From: a bacterium
GTDB taxonomy: Bacteria > Krumholzibacteriota > Krumholzibacteriia > LZORAL124-64-63
Length of the DNA stretch: 64,000 bases
Direction of reading: 5' to 3'
Assembly (NCBI GenBank): GCA_024223715.1
Contig: JAAEOA010000332.1
Coordinates: forward strand, 5,407 to 69,406
Positions within the stretch are counted from its first letter, which is position 1; each line of letters opens with the position of its first letter. The position numbers were made by a program, and so were the translations under genes. A model generated the notes under the pieces. The model saw only the letters and a program-made list of their open reading frames with translations, did not search any database and was not told the DNA's origin. This document shows, in pieces, positions 8,961 through 19,292 of the stretch.

Positions 8961-9974
8961 CTAGTTCAATCGGTTGATGACATATTCAACGGCTACAGCC
9001 AAGAGATCTTTCTGGGCACCATTGGCCACAGGCCCCAAAGCTGATTTGGCGTCTTCTCCAAATTCCCGGGCTTTGGCAAATGAATAATCGACCCCGCCAA
9101 AATCGGTCACAAAGGTTTTCACTTCTGCCCAGGCCTCTGCTCTTTTGGCTGTATCTTTTTCGGCAGCCAATTCACCAATTCTCTTTTTGGCTTTTTCATC
9201 GGCATTGCGCCAGGCAGCAATCAGGGGCAATGTAATTCGCCCCTCTTCCCAATCCTGTCCTGTAGGCTTGCCTAACCGGCGCTCGTCACCAAGATAATCA
9301 AAAATATCATCGGTGATTTGAAAAACCATGCCGGTTTTTGCCCCAAACTCACCAAAAACTTCTTCGACGGGTGCCAAATCAGGATTTAAGCTGGCACCAA
9401 TTCGACAACTGTTCTCAATGAGAGACGCTGTTTTTTGGTAGATGATTTGCAAATACCGCTCTTCGGTGATGGCCATGTCAAACCTGTGTTCGAGTTGTAG
9501 CATTTCCGCTTCACTCATCAGTACAGTGGTTCGAGCCAGCAACTCAACAGAATGATGCTGCCCTGCCATACACAAAGTGTGCAAAGCCTTACTGTATAGA
9601 TAATCTCCCATAATGAGGGCAGCGCTGGAACCAAACTGTACATTGACCGCAGGCAGGCCCCGCCGAGTCAGGGCCTCATCAATAAAATCATCATGCACCA
9701 GTGTGGCGGTATGGACCAGTTCCACACAGGCGGCCGCACCAATGGCCTCTTCGGCAATTCCATTTTCATTCTGGGCCGAAAGCAATAACAGAGTGGGCCT
9801 GAATTTTTTGCTCTTACCCTTGAGAATGTGTTCGCAAATGGCCCGGGTCATGGGGCTGTCCCCATCGGTGATTCGACGGAACTCGGTATCCACCTTCTTC
9901 AGAGATGGGCCAATTTTGCGCTGTAGAGTGATCAGCTTGATGCGTTCGCGATCCATCAGGGACATGAAAATCAT
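8961..9974 (-). CDS. Long-chain trans-polyprenyl diphosphate synthase
   Basis: FARM ATLVHDDFID..RRG and SARM FQITDDIFD, plus KTA. Small Ala five residues before FARM implies a long product. Start may be 9965. Confidence 0.92.
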   Translation of the reverse strand: MIFMSLMDRERIKLITLQRKIGPSLKKVDTEFRRITDGDSPMTRAICEHILKGKSKKFRPTLLLLSAQNENGIAEEAIGAAACVELVHTATLVHDDFIDEALTRRGLPAVNVQFGSSAALIMGDYLYSKALHTLCMAGQHHSVELLARTTVLMSEAEMLQLEHRFDMAITEERYLQIIYQKTASLIENSCRIGASLNPDLAPVEEVFGEFGAKTGMVFQITDDIFDYLGDERRLGKPTGQDWEEGRITLPLIAAWRNADEKAKKRIGELAAEKDTAKRAEAWAEVKTFVTDFGGVDYSFAKAREFGEDAKSALGPVANGAQKDLLAVAVEYVINRLN

Positions 9975-10079
9975 CTCTCGTAAAAGGACTGGCAGGCGGA
10001 TTGCATCCCCCTATTATCAGGAAAATGTCTATCGGGTGAACCGCCCGGATGCTCAAATATTCGCTATTTGACGATTATG

Positions 10080-11081
10080 TCAATCCTCTTTCCCTCGTTT
10101 TTTCGTTACCACCAGAGCCACCAGTACTGAAGACCAGTAAAGCAGCAGAACGGGACCGGCCATCATGACCTGACTGATCACATCAGGAGGGGTCAAAAGT
10201 GCCGAGAGTCCAAAGATTGCCAAAATGGCGTAACGCCAGGTGCGCAAAAGGGTTTTGGGCTTAATGATGCCAATCCAGCTGAGGAAAAGCACCAGCAGGG
10301 GAAGCTGAAAAACCAAACCGAAAGCCAGACATAATTTGCTCACAAAGTCGAAATAACTGCCCACCCCAATAAGAGGTGATAAATAGGCGGTACCGAAGCT
10401 CATCATAAAAAGAATCACCTGCGGGATCACTACTAAAAACCCAAAACTTACTCCTGTGTAAAACAGAAGGGTCGTGACCAGCAGCAAGGGGGTGATAACT
10501 TTTTTCTCTTTGGAATAAAGCCCTGGCATAATGAACATGTAAATCCGGAAGAATATAAACGGAGCCACTACAAATAACCCAAGGGCTGCGGCAAGCTTTA
10601 AGCGCACCAGAAAAGCCTCATTGGGAGCTGTAAAATAGACACCTTGATCTTTAATGGGATTCACCAGTAAATCCAGCAGATCGGCCGAAATAAACCAACA
10701 AATAATGGTGGCTGCAAGCCCGGCAATAAGGGATTGGATCAGGGTTTTGCGCAGGTCTTCAAGATGATCAACAAAGGTAAGGTTTTTTTCCCCCCGGGAT
10801 TCCACCAGGTCCTCTTCAAGTTCCTTTTGAATATCGCTATCCATGACATCGTCAGACGGACTTGGGTCTGAATCGGACTCCTGGCTACCTGGCTCGCTCA
10901 GGGGATGATCCTTATTAGGCTTTAAACCATCAAACCCAAGCTGATCCCGGGGACCGGTTTGATCTTCAGGACTTTCATCCGGATTCAGGTCATACAAATC
11001 ATCGCCGGGATTTTTTTTGCCGGGATTATTGTCATCTGAATTATTGCCATCTGTTTTTTTGTCGTCGGGGAAATCTGTCAC
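10080..11081 (-). CDS. tatC: Twin-arginine translocase subunit TatC with acidic N-terminal extension
   Basis: HLEDLR, PGLYSKEK, FGLVFQLP and TPPDVISQ motifs. Confidence 0.95.
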   Translation of the reverse strand: MTDFPDDKKTDGNNSDDNNPGKKNPGDDLYDLNPDESPEDQTGPRDQLGFDGLKPNKDHPLSEPGSQESDSDPSPSDDVMDSDIQKELEEDLVESRGEKNLTFVDHLEDLRKTLIQSLIAGLAATIICWFISADLLDLLVNPIKDQGVYFTAPNEAFLVRLKLAAALGLFVVAPFIFFRIYMFIMPGLYSKEKKVITPLLLVTTLLFYTGVSFGFLVVIPQVILFMMSFGTAYLSPLIGVGSYFDFVSKLCLAFGLVFQLPLLVLFLSWIGIIKPKTLLRTWRYAILAIFGLSALLTPPDVISQVMMAGPVLLLYWSSVLVALVVTKKRGKED

Positions 11082-11545
11082 AGGGTTTCATCTTTCCCAC
11101 CCTGCAAATCCGTCAGCAGGGAAAAAAATTCGTCAATACTCTGGAAGTGCCGGTAAACCGAAGCAAAGCGGACGTAAGCCACTTCATCAAGACCCTTGAG
11201 TTCTTCCAGTACAAAATGGCCAATAGTTTCACTGGGGACTTCACGGCGGCCTGAAGAAGCCAGCCTCTGCTCCACATGATCAACAATGATTTCGATTTCT
11301 TCCAGAGTCACTGGCCGTTTCTCGCAGGCTTTGGTAACTCCGATAATAACTTTATTCCGGTGATATGAAACCCGTCCACCACTACGTTTGACCACAATAA
11401 CGGGTCGCATTTCAACACCTTCATAAGTGGTAAAACGCTCTTCACAATGAAGACATTCCCGCCGACGGCGCACCGCTCGTCCATCACGAACGGCACGCGA
11501 ATCAACGACTTTATCTTCATCGTGGCTGCAACGGGGACATTTCAA
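11078..11545 (-). CDS. nrdR: Transcriptional repressor NrdR
   Basis: MKCPRC...VVDSR...RRRRECLHCEERFTTYE, ATP cone and VAYVRFASVYR. Confidence 0.97.
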   Translation of the reverse strand: MKCPRCSHDEDKVVDSRAVRDGRAVRRRRECLHCEERFTTYEGVEMRPVIVVKRSGGRVSYHRNKVIIGVTKACEKRPVTLEEIEIIVDHVEQRLASSGRREVPSETIGHFVLEELKGLDEVAYVRFASVYRHFQSIDEFFSLLTDLQGGKDETL

Positions 11546-11563
11546 AAGATCATCCTTCAGCGA

Positions 11564-12811
11564 CTAAGCCATACCAGGGTACAGCGGAAACGATTGACAC
11601 AGATCTTCAGCCTCAGCACGCAGGGCGTCCAACTTATCCTGGTTCTCCTGATTTTGAACAGCTGAATCAATAATATGGGCAATGCGACCCATTTCTTCTA
11701 CACCCATTCCCCGAGTTGTCAGGGCAGGAGTTCCCAAACGAACACCACTGGTCACGAAGGGGCTTTCTTTATCAAAAGGAACAGTGTTTTTATTACACGT
11801 GATGCCAACATGCTCAAGCAACTCCTCCATGGCTTTTCCAGTCAGGCCTTTGCCGGCAACATTCACCAAAAGCAAATGGTTGTCTGTGCCGCCACTGACC
11901 AAGTGAAAACCACGTTCCATCAGGGCATCGCCCAAAGCCTTGGCATTGTCCACCATGCTCTTCGCGTATAACTTAAAGTCACCCTGCATACACTCCTGGA
12001 AACAAACAGCTTTGGCCGCCACCACATGCATCAGAGGGCCGCCTTGTATGCCAGGGAAATTCATTTTATTAATGGCTTTGAATTTGTCTTTCCTACTCAA
12101 CACCAAACCACCACGAGGACCCCGCAGTGTTTTATGAGTAGTGCTGGTCACCACATCACAGAAAGGCACTGGACTTGGGTGAACGCCACCGGCAACGAGG
12201 CCGGCAATGTGAGCCATATCAAACATCAGGATGGCATCAATTTCGTCAGCAATGCTGCGCAGTTTTTCATAATCCCAAAAACGGGGATAAGCGCTGGCGC
12301 CACCGACAAGCATTTTGGGCCGTTCGGCCAAAGCCTGAGTTCGAAGTTTGTCGTAATCAATGGTTTCAGTGTCAGGACTGACTTCGTAATGCAAAGCATC
12401 GAATAGTAAGCCACTGAAGTTTACTGGATGCCCGTGTGTAAGGTGTCCACCATGACTGAGGCTAAGGCCCAGAATTTTATCGCCAGGCTTCAGGAAGGCC
12501 AGATAGGCGGTCATATTGGCTGTTGAACCACTGTGAGGTTGAACATTGGCCCGTTCGGCACCAAAAAGAGCCATGGCCCGCCGTTTAGCCAGCATCTCGG
12601 CTTCATCCACATGCACACAACCACCATAGTACCGTTTTTTGGGATACCCTTCGGCATATTTATTGGTCAGGGTCGAACCCATGGTTTCCATCACCGCTCG
12701 GCTGGTGAAGTTTTCACTGGCGATCATTTCCAGCTGGTTACGCTGACGTCCCAGTTCAGCCTCGAGAATATCTGCAATTTCCGTATCCACTTGACGCACT
12801 TGATCGTACAT
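11564..12811 (-). CDS. glyA: Serine hydroxymethyltransferase
   Basis: [20 protein letters not shown] and [12 protein letters not shown]; SD AGGAG before ATG 12811. Confidence 0.98.
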   Translation of the reverse strand: MYDQVRQVDTEIADILEAELGRQRNQLEMIASENFTSRAVMETMGSTLTNKYAEGYPKKRYYGGCVHVDEAEMLAKRRAMALFGAERANVQPHSGSTANMTAYLAFLKPGDKILGLSLSHGGHLTHGHPVNFSGLLFDALHYEVSPDTETIDYDKLRTQALAERPKMLVGGASAYPRFWDYEKLRSIADEIDAILMFDMAHIAGLVAGGVHPSPVPFCDVVTSTTHKTLRGPRGGLVLSRKDKFKAINKMNFPGIQGGPLMHVVAAKAVCFQECMQGDFKLYAKSMVDNAKALGDALMERGFHLVSGGTDNHLLLVNVAGKGLTGKAMEELLEHVGITCNKNTVPFDKESPFVTSGVRLGTPALTTRGMGVEEMGRIAHIIDSAVQNQENQDKLDALRAEAEDLCQSFPLYPGMA

Positions 12812-12815
12812 GGGC

Positions 12816-13295
12816 CTACTCCTGTTTCTGATGGTCATTTTCCCAGGCAATGATTTTATCAACACGACGGGCATGGCGCCCGCCTTCAAATTCACTATTC
12901 AACCAGGCTTTGGTCAGTTCCAGAGCTGTTTCCGGGTCAACTCCATCTCCACTGAGGCACAACATGTTGCTATCGTTATGCTGACGAGTGGTTTGAGCCT
13001 GAGTGACAGTAAAGCACAAACTGGCCCTTACCCCCATGACCTTATTGGCGGCAATGCTCATCCCGATGCCGGATCCACAAATAAGAATTCCAGCCACAGC
13101 TTCAGAATTTCCAACCATTTGAGCAGCAAGTAGAGCGGAATCAGGGTAATCAAAGCTGTTGGTATCGTGGCAGCCAAAATCTTCCACACGGTACCCTTCA
13201 GCTTTGAGGTATTCAGCAATAAGGTTTTTATGGGTCACACCGCGGTGGTCGGAACCCAGCGAGATGGTTTTGTTGACCTTTTGGTTTTCCGCCAT
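12816..13295 (-). CDS. rpiB: Ribose-5-phosphate isomerase B
   Basis: [27 protein letters not shown] and FEGGRHARR. Confidence 0.96.
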   Translation of the reverse strand: MAENQKVNKTISLGSDHRGVTHKNLIAEYLKAEGYRVEDFGCHDTNSFDYPDSALLAAQMVGNSEAVAGILICGSGIGMSIAANKVMGVRASLCFTVTQAQTTRQHNDSNMLCLSGDGVDPETALELTKAWLNSEFEGGRHARRVDKIIAWENDHQKQE

Positions 13296-13319
13296 TTCCA
13301 AATCTCGTTTTCTGGGATG

Positions 13320-13808
13320 TTATTCCCGGTTTTCTATCAACCCGGAAAAAACCGGGCCCCATTCCAAGACAAGCCTATGAATTTGTTTTGCAGCCAATTC
13401 ATAGGATATTAGTGATTCCCCAAAAGGATCATCAACTTCTTCACAATCTGGTGAATAAGCTAATTCATTCAGGTCCAGACCTGGAGCCCCCAGGACACCG
13501 GTTTTTCCATCGTACAATGAACAGTATCTTGAACGGGCTATTGCCGCATGGGACCGGGTCATTCCAATTAGCCAGACTGTATCCTGCAATTGCTCACGAG
13601 ATACCTGAGAAGAGCAATGAGCTGAAAGGTCCAGTCCCTGTTCAGCAGCAATCTGCAGAGATTCTTCCGAGGCAGAATGCCGCCCCACAACCTGCAACCC
13701 TGCTGACTCGAAAACAATGCCAATCTGTCCGAATGCATCCCGGGCAAAAACTTCAGCCAAGGGGCTGCGGCACGTATTTCCTGTACATACAAAAATGACT
13801 CTGGCCAC
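13320..13808 (-). CDS. Low-molecular-weight protein phosphatase, YwlE-like (putative protein-arginine phosphatase)
   Basis: P-loop FVCTGNTCRSP and DDPFG. GTG start at 13808 after AAGGA; the longer TTG start overlaps a -10 box. Confidence 0.85.
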   Translation of the reverse strand: MARVIFVCTGNTCRSPLAEVFARDAFGQIGIVFESAGLQVVGRHSASEESLQIAAEQGLDLSAHCSSQVSREQLQDTVWLIGMTRSHAAIARSRYCSLYDGKTGVLGAPGLDLNELAYSPDCEEVDDPFGESLISYELAAKQIHRLVLEWGPVFSGLIENRE

Positions 13809-13858
13809 ATGAATATCCTTCGCCGCAGAAATATGCCCAAAGCCATTCAACTCTGACA

Positions 13859-13887
13859 AAATTAGGAGAAATACCGGGTGGGGTCAA
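13859..13887 (-). promoter_or_regulatory. Internal sigma-70-type promoter for phosphatase-rpiB-glyA
   Basis: TTGACC-N17-TAATTT. Confidence 0.55.
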
Positions 13888-13916
13888 GCAATGGCTTCTT
13901 ACGAAAGCCAGCATTA

Positions 13917-14510
13917 TTAACCGGGCAATGAAAAAGGCCCGGGCCTGAGAATCTGAGGTTCATCGCCACACAAATTTACCAGAGCACTGGCCTGACTGTG
14001 AATCGCAATATCGGTTTTAGATTTCCAGAGTCCATCAACCTCATTTTGGAAATGATGCCATGCTTCATTCATGTTCAAATGTGGTGTTTGGCCTTGCCGA
14101 TTTGAGCTGGTGGAAGCTAAGGCCCCCCCTGCCTGAAGGACCAGATCCTGCAATTCCGGAAAATCAGGCACTCTGATGGCTACCGAACCTTCAGCAGCAA
14201 CCACAGCAGCCGGTGTTCCGCTGGCGGCAGGCAAAATCAAAGAAAACGGCCCTGGCCAGCATTGCCGGCAAATGTTTTCCTGCCAGGCATCAAGAGACGA
14301 GCAGTACTGTAAAGCCTGGTTAAGCGAACCTGCCAGAATAAGCATGGGCTTTCCCTGAGTTCGTCCCTTTATTTCCTGGATACGTTTTATTGCAATACCA
14401 TTGTCAGCACGGCAGTGCAGCCCCGGCAAAGTATCAGTCTGCAACAGCAAAACACCGCCACGGCTGAGAGCCGTGGCGGCATTATTGGAATTCATAAAAG
14501 GAACTTTCAA
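13917..14510 (-). CDS. tsaC: L-threonylcarbamoyladenylate synthase (short TsaC/YrdC type)
   Basis: TDTLPGL, IKGR...KP, WPGPFSLI, VAIRVP, STSSN and ILRPG. Confidence 0.88.
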   Translation of the reverse strand: MKVPFMNSNNAATALSRGGVLLLQTDTLPGLHCRADNGIAIKRIQEIKGRTQGKPMLILAGSLNQALQYCSSLDAWQENICRQCWPGPFSLILPAASGTPAAVVAAEGSVAIRVPDFPELQDLVLQAGGALASTSSNRQGQTPHLNMNEAWHHFQNEVDGLWKSKTDIAIHSQASALVNLCGDEPQILRPGPFSLPG

Positions 14511-14512
14511 AA

Positions 14513-15001
14513 CTACCGGCCGCCTCGGGCCAGTTCCTTACGATAAAGCTCCACCTGTTCAGCAACTTTGTCATCCTTCAAAGCCAGCATCCGGGCAGCC
14601 AGACAAGCGGCATTCCGTGCTCCGGCGCTTCCGACCGCCACAGTGGCCACAGGCACTCCAGGCGGCATTTGAACAATCGACAACAGAGCATCCACCCCAG
14701 CCAGTGGCCCTGAAGCAACAGGCACACCAATAACCGGTTTGCCGGTCATGGAAGCCACTACGCCAGGCAAATGGGCGGCCATTCCGGCAGCGGCCACAAA
14801 TATTTCCGTTCCACCTTTTTCACTGGCGGAAATGATGCGCTTTAATTTGGCTGGTTGCCTATGTGCTGAAGCAACTTCCACATTGTAAGTGAGGCCGAAG
14901 CGCTCCAGCAGGGGGTACATGCCTTCAATAACCGGCAAATCACTTTTACTCCCCAGAAGGATCACAACATTGGAGGTTTTTTTACCTTTTTTTGCAGCCA
15001 T
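14513..15001 (-). CDS. purE: N5-CAIR mutase (class I PurE)
   Basis: GSKSD, SAHR, AGMAAHLPG and IVQMPPGVPVATV. Confidence 0.97.
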   Translation of the reverse strand: MAAKKGKKTSNVVILLGSKSDLPVIEGMYPLLERFGLTYNVEVASAHRQPAKLKRIISASEKGGTEIFVAAAGMAAHLPGVVASMTGKPVIGVPVASGPLAGVDALLSIVQMPPGVPVATVAVGSAGARNAACLAARMLALKDDKVAEQVELYRKELARGGR

Positions 15002-16323
15002 TATTTTTCTCCTGATTTACCGATATCACGGCGGAAGACCAAACCTTCAAAATGAGTTTCATCAAGAAGAGCATAAGCAATACCCTGAGCAAGTTCAAGA
15101 GTTGCCCCGGTCCCCACGGCACCCAGGACCCGGCCTCCATTGGTAACCACTGAGCCATCATCATTCAACTTGGTGCCTGCCTGAATAACCCAACGATCGT
15201 CACTGACTTCCGGGGGGAAATCAATGGGTCGGCCCTTGATGTATTTACCAGGATATCCATCAGACGCCCCCACCACAACAACCGCTTGCCGCAACCAGCT
15301 GGAAGCTCCTGCGCCGGGCCAATCCTGGGGAACAATATCTTCCACTTCATGAATCCCCTGGAGAAAATCTCCCAAATTTCCCTGAGATGTCTGGTAGCAC
15401 ATTTCCAGGAAATCGGCCCTGAGAAGAGGCAGCACAACCTGGGTTTCCGGATCCCCGAATCGACAGTTGAACTCCAGGACCTGAGGTCCGCTCTCGGTTA
15501 GCATCAAGCCAACATAGAGGACACCCCGGTAAGGGATATCTCTGCGACGCAGCTCGGCCAGAATTGGCAAAACAATTCGGGAATCAATTTGGGAGTACAT
15601 GGTCGATTCGAGTTTGACTGGAGCAAAGGCTCCCATGCCACCGGTATTCGGACCGGTATCGCCCTCACCAATTCGTTTGTGGTCCCTGCTCGGAGCTAGC
15701 AGGCAGTAGTCCTGGCCATCGGTAACAATGAGAACAGACAGCTCAGGACCAAAAAGGCACTCTTCCATAAGAATGCGCAATCCCGCTCCACCAAATTGCT
15801 GGTCATCGAGACAGGCTCGAATGAATTCTTCAGCCTCACTGCGGTCACTGCAAACAGCAACGCCTTTCCCCTGAGCAGCCCCACAGGCTTTAATGACCAC
15901 AGGAAGTTTGACATTATCTAAATGTTTAAGTGCAGCATGACTGCTACTGAAAGCCTGATAGGAAGCCGTAGGGACTTTTGCCGATGCCAATATTTCCTTG
16001 CTGAATTCTTTGTCTCCTTCGAGACGTGCCCCCATGGCACCAGGACCAAAAACGTTAATATCCGCTTTGTGCAAATGATCAGAAATACCGGCAATCAGAG
16101 GATCTTCAGGTCCAACAATGACCAAGTCAATGGCTTCGGCTTTACAAAACCCAACCACTTTCTCAAAGTCCATAACATCCAGATCCAAATTGGTGGCCAC
16201 GGAGGCTGTTCCAGGGTTTCCCGGAGCGCAAAAAATAGTAGGTACCTGCTCTGATGCAGCCAATTGCCTGACAATAGCATGCTCCCGTCCCCCGGACCCT
16301 ACCACTAGAACTTTCCTGGACAT
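15001..16323 (-). CDS. purD: Phosphoribosylamine--glycine ligase
   Basis: GSGGREHA, APGNPG, VGPE, GDTGPNTGGMG, EFNCRFGDPETQ and TNGGRVL. Confidence 0.97.
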   Translation of the reverse strand: MSRKVLVVGSGGREHAIVRQLAASEQVPTIFCAPGNPGTASVATNLDLDVMDFEKVVGFCKAEAIDLVIVGPEDPLIAGISDHLHKADINVFGPGAMGARLEGDKEFSKEILASAKVPTASYQAFSSSHAALKHLDNVKLPVVIKACGAAQGKGVAVCSDRSEAEEFIRACLDDQQFGGAGLRILMEECLFGPELSVLIVTDGQDYCLLAPSRDHKRIGEGDTGPNTGGMGAFAPVKLESTMYSQIDSRIVLPILAELRRRDIPYRGVLYVGLMLTESGPQVLEFNCRFGDPETQVVLPLLRADFLEMCYQTSQGNLGDFLQGIHEVEDIVPQDWPGAGASSWLRQAVVVVGASDGYPGKYIKGRPIDFPPEVSDDRWVIQAGTKLNDDGSVVTNGGRVLGAVGTGATLELAQGIAYALLDETHFEGLVFRRDIGKSGEK

Positions 16324-16449
16324 GCGTTTCCTCCTGAATACCTGATTGATTAGAATCTGGGCGGACCATCCGCCCCCATATTGGAAATTTAAATCATCAG
16401 GGGTTTATCGACAACGGTTTTTGCCATAAATTATTCAATGATGGAATTT

Positions 16450-17403
16450 TCAGGAAGCCACAATACGTGTGCCACCTTTTCCTTCAACAGAATTCAAAAA
16501 TTCACTTGGAGATGTAATGATAACCTCTCGGCCACCGCCCTCAATAAATGAAACTGCGGATTCAATTTTTGGTCCCATACTACCAGCAGGAAATTCCCCA
16601 TCAGCAAGCATTTGAGAAGCTCTTTCCACTGTCAGAACATCAAGGGCTTCCTGATCCGGTTGGCCAAAGCGGGAATAAACCTTATCAACCTGTGTTATAA
16701 TGACCAAGACATCAGCCTCAATAAGCCTTCCCAGCAAATCACTGGCCCTGTCTTTATCGATTACTGCATCGACCCCTTCGAGTTCTCCAGCATCATTTTC
16801 ACGAACCGGGACGCCTCCACCTCCAACAGCAATCACCAAAACACCGGCATCGGCCATGGCTTTGATTGCTTCATACTCCATGACTTCAATGGGTTGAGGA
16901 CTGGGAACAACACGCCGCCAGCCACGGTTAGCATCCTCAACCACGGTCCATCCTGTTTCCGCCATAACTTCGGCCGCTTGTTCTTCATCGTAAAATGGCC
17001 CAATGGGCTTGGTTGGATTGTTAAAAGCCTGATCGTTGGCATCAACACGCACCTGAGTGACAACTGAAGCTACGGGGATTTTTAAGCCTGCCGCTTTCAG
17101 AGAATTCTGCAACGATTGCTGAAGCATAAACCCCAACCCACCCTGACTGTCTGCCCCACAAACGAACATGGGCATTGCGGGAATTCCGTGCAGAGCCTGG
17201 CCTGCATCACAACGCAGAACGATATTGCCCACAACCGGCCCGTTGCCATGGGTCATAACAATATCATGCCCCTGGCTGGCCAAAAGGGATACCGTGTCCA
17301 TCGTTTCACGGGTTATTTTCACTTGTTGTTCAAAGGTTCCTTCCAGTCCCACCGGAAGAATGGCATTGCCACCAAGGGCCACTACAAAACGACTTTTCTC
17401 CAT
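16450..17403 (-). CDS. arcC: Carbamate kinase
   Basis: VALGGNA, HGNGP, NPTKPIGPF, RRVVPSP, GGGGVPV, VIDKD and GSMGPK; ATG 17403 after AAGGA. Confidence 0.95.
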   Translation of the reverse strand: MEKSRFVVALGGNAILPVGLEGTFEQQVKITRETMDTVSLLASQGHDIVMTHGNGPVVGNIVLRCDAGQALHGIPAMPMFVCGADSQGGLGFMLQQSLQNSLKAAGLKIPVASVVTQVRVDANDQAFNNPTKPIGPFYDEEQAAEVMAETGWTVVEDANRGWRRVVPSPQPIEVMEYEAIKAMADAGVLVIAVGGGGVPVRENDAGELEGVDAVIDKDRASDLLGRLIEADVLVIITQVDKVYSRFGQPDQEALDVLTVERASQMLADGEFPAGSMGPKIESAVSFIEGGGREVIITSPSEFLNSVEGKGGTRIVAS

Positions 17404-17501
17404 GGTATTCCTTTTATTGCCTCTTGGGGCCACATTCCTGCTATTGAGCAAAACTGATTCAGTAACTCTTATACTGAAATCGCTTTAATATCTGAAATTG
17501 A

Positions 17502-17530
17502 AAATTAGACGGCCAAAACAGCCAAGTCAA
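17502..17530 (-). promoter_or_regulatory. Sigma-70-type promoter of arcC
   Basis: TTGACT-N17-TAATTT. Confidence 0.55.
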
Positions 17531-17576
17531 CCCAACAAGACATCTGTTCCGGCATATTTTTGGGTTTGATGACAAA

Positions 17577-19226
17577 CTATCCCAGAAATTCCAAATACTT
17601 TTCAATTTCACGAGCCACTTCCTTGCGAATGCCCGAGCGATCTTGGCCCATTCTCCTGAGATCCACTTTGTTGACGTACTTCACGTGAATGAATTTTCGT
17701 AAGGTTTTTACCGAGACATTGCAAGGACTGCGCAAACAGATTAAGGGCACCTCCCGGTTCGCAAAACCCTCATGCAAAGCCCGGTCCTGAGCAATCGTTT
17801 CAATGATCTGCGGATTGCGCGTGCGTTCCGCCACGGCAGCGACCAGCCCCGGCACAGCAATTACTTTGGGATTCCGCAGGAAGCCCAGCAAAACACTTAT
17901 TGAGGTGATATTTGAGAGAACAAGATTCTTAACGGCTGCCGCCCCCATTTCTTTGGTGTCGGGGTCATCTTCATCAACCTCACTGGAATTTCCTGAAGTC
18001 ATAACCAACGGCAAATAGGGGTCTGTATCTTCTGATGACGGCAAACCATGAGGCCAGGTCAATGGATCTTCATCCAGTGGTTTTAACTCCATCTGAAGCC
18101 AGCCATCAACAGCCGTAAGACCTTCGGTAACCCATGATTCCCGTCCGGAAATCAATTGGGAATAATCTCTCTTCTTCTCAAGAATGGATTTCAGAACTTC
18201 CACGTGAGAAGAATCGATGGCCTTACAAAGGATTGGTCCTTCTGCATGGGTCTGAACCAGCCTTACAGCTGAAATCAAATCCAAAGGCAGCCTGGCCAGA
18301 CTCTTCTCTTTTAACCTGATATTTAAAGCAGACAAGCGCCCCACAGAGTATCCCAATTGCGATAAAGGCAGAGGATTTTTCACCACGCCCCTATGAATTT
18401 CGGCCAGGTATTTCAGAGAATCCTCTGCATCCAGGACTTTGAAAATCCCCTGTAATTCATGGCTTTCCAGAACTTCAAGAGCTCTTAGGCCTTGCCTGAT
18501 GAATGCTTCCCGGTCCTGGCCATCTTCCACCCAGCCAATGAACTGCCTAATATCGCTGATACTGGAATCGGCACGGCTCAGAATGGGCAAAACACGTTGA
18601 ACAGCAGAAACTCGATAGGGATTGACCGTTCCAGCCAACCGGCTGATTCGCTCTTGCCAGGCATCGGTTTCCATCCGCAGCAAATTAACCAGAAGAACCC
18701 GGTCATCTGAAGGAAGTCCTTTACCTTTGACTACTTCGGACAACAGATTTTCAAGGACGAATTGGATAGTTGTAAATGAATATCCGCACTGTTCCAAAGG
18801 TTCATTGTTCATGCACTGCAGGCTCAATTCCCTGGCAGAAGCCAACCATTGGGAACCAATGGAATCCATTTTTCCCTGATGGGCAACCAAGTTCAACATT
18901 TGCCTGCGTGTACTGGAAAAATGCCGTAAATGAGGAATTAATCGGGCTCCGGCAGTGGTTACGTCGAGATAAGCAGCCAAAAGTCGGGCCCCACTCACAC
19001 TCCCGGCATGGGCTAGATATTGAAGAGCAAGTAAGCTCTCCTTCAAACTTTTGGTCCCAATTTGTTTGCGTAAATACAAGAATAGTTTTCGAGATAATTC
19101 ACTGATGGGTTCGTCTGAATCAGCAAGGGCGGTCATGGCCGAAAGCGCACTCCGATCTGGAGAAAGAATTTCTTTCTCAGGAATGCCTTCAGGCAAAATG
19201 GGCTGAATTGAACAAATTTTGGTCAA
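17577..19226 (-). CDS. Hypothetical cytoplasmic, largely helical protein
   Basis: 549-aa ORF with TTG start after AAGGA. No signal peptide or TM segment; distinct helical C-terminal domain (FLRNPK...RNPQII...DLRRM). Confidence 0.8.
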   Translation of the reverse strand: MTKICSIQPILPEGIPEKEILSPDRSALSAMTALADSDEPISELSRKLFLYLRKQIGTKSLKESLLALQYLAHAGSVSGARLLAAYLDVTTAGARLIPHLRHFSSTRRQMLNLVAHQGKMDSIGSQWLASARELSLQCMNNEPLEQCGYSFTTIQFVLENLLSEVVKGKGLPSDDRVLLVNLLRMETDAWQERISRLAGTVNPYRVSAVQRVLPILSRADSSISDIRQFIGWVEDGQDREAFIRQGLRALEVLESHELQGIFKVLDAEDSLKYLAEIHRGVVKNPLPLSQLGYSVGRLSALNIRLKEKSLARLPLDLISAVRLVQTHAEGPILCKAIDSSHVEVLKSILEKKRDYSQLISGRESWVTEGLTAVDGWLQMELKPLDEDPLTWPHGLPSSEDTDPYLPLVMTSGNSSEVDEDDPDTKEMGAAAVKNLVLSNITSISVLLGFLRNPKVIAVPGLVAAVAERTRNPQIIETIAQDRALHEGFANREVPLICLRSPCNVSVKTLRKFIHVKYVNKVDLRRMGQDRSGIRKEVAREIEKYLEFLG

Positions 19227-19256
19227 AAAAATCCTTGCTGGTTTGGGTGTAATATC

Positions 19257-19283
19257 TCATCGGCAATAAATCTCAAAAGTTGA
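19257..19283 (-). promoter_or_regulatory. Sigma-28-like promoter
   Basis: TCAA-N15-GCCGATGA. Confidence 0.55.
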
Positions 19284-19292
19284 ACCCATGAC

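Noticed and set aside
16324-16449. ZTP or purine riboswitch upstream of purD (also checked upstream of purM)
   Set aside because: Only a small GGGCGGA/TCCGCCC hairpin; conserved aptamer motifs are absent
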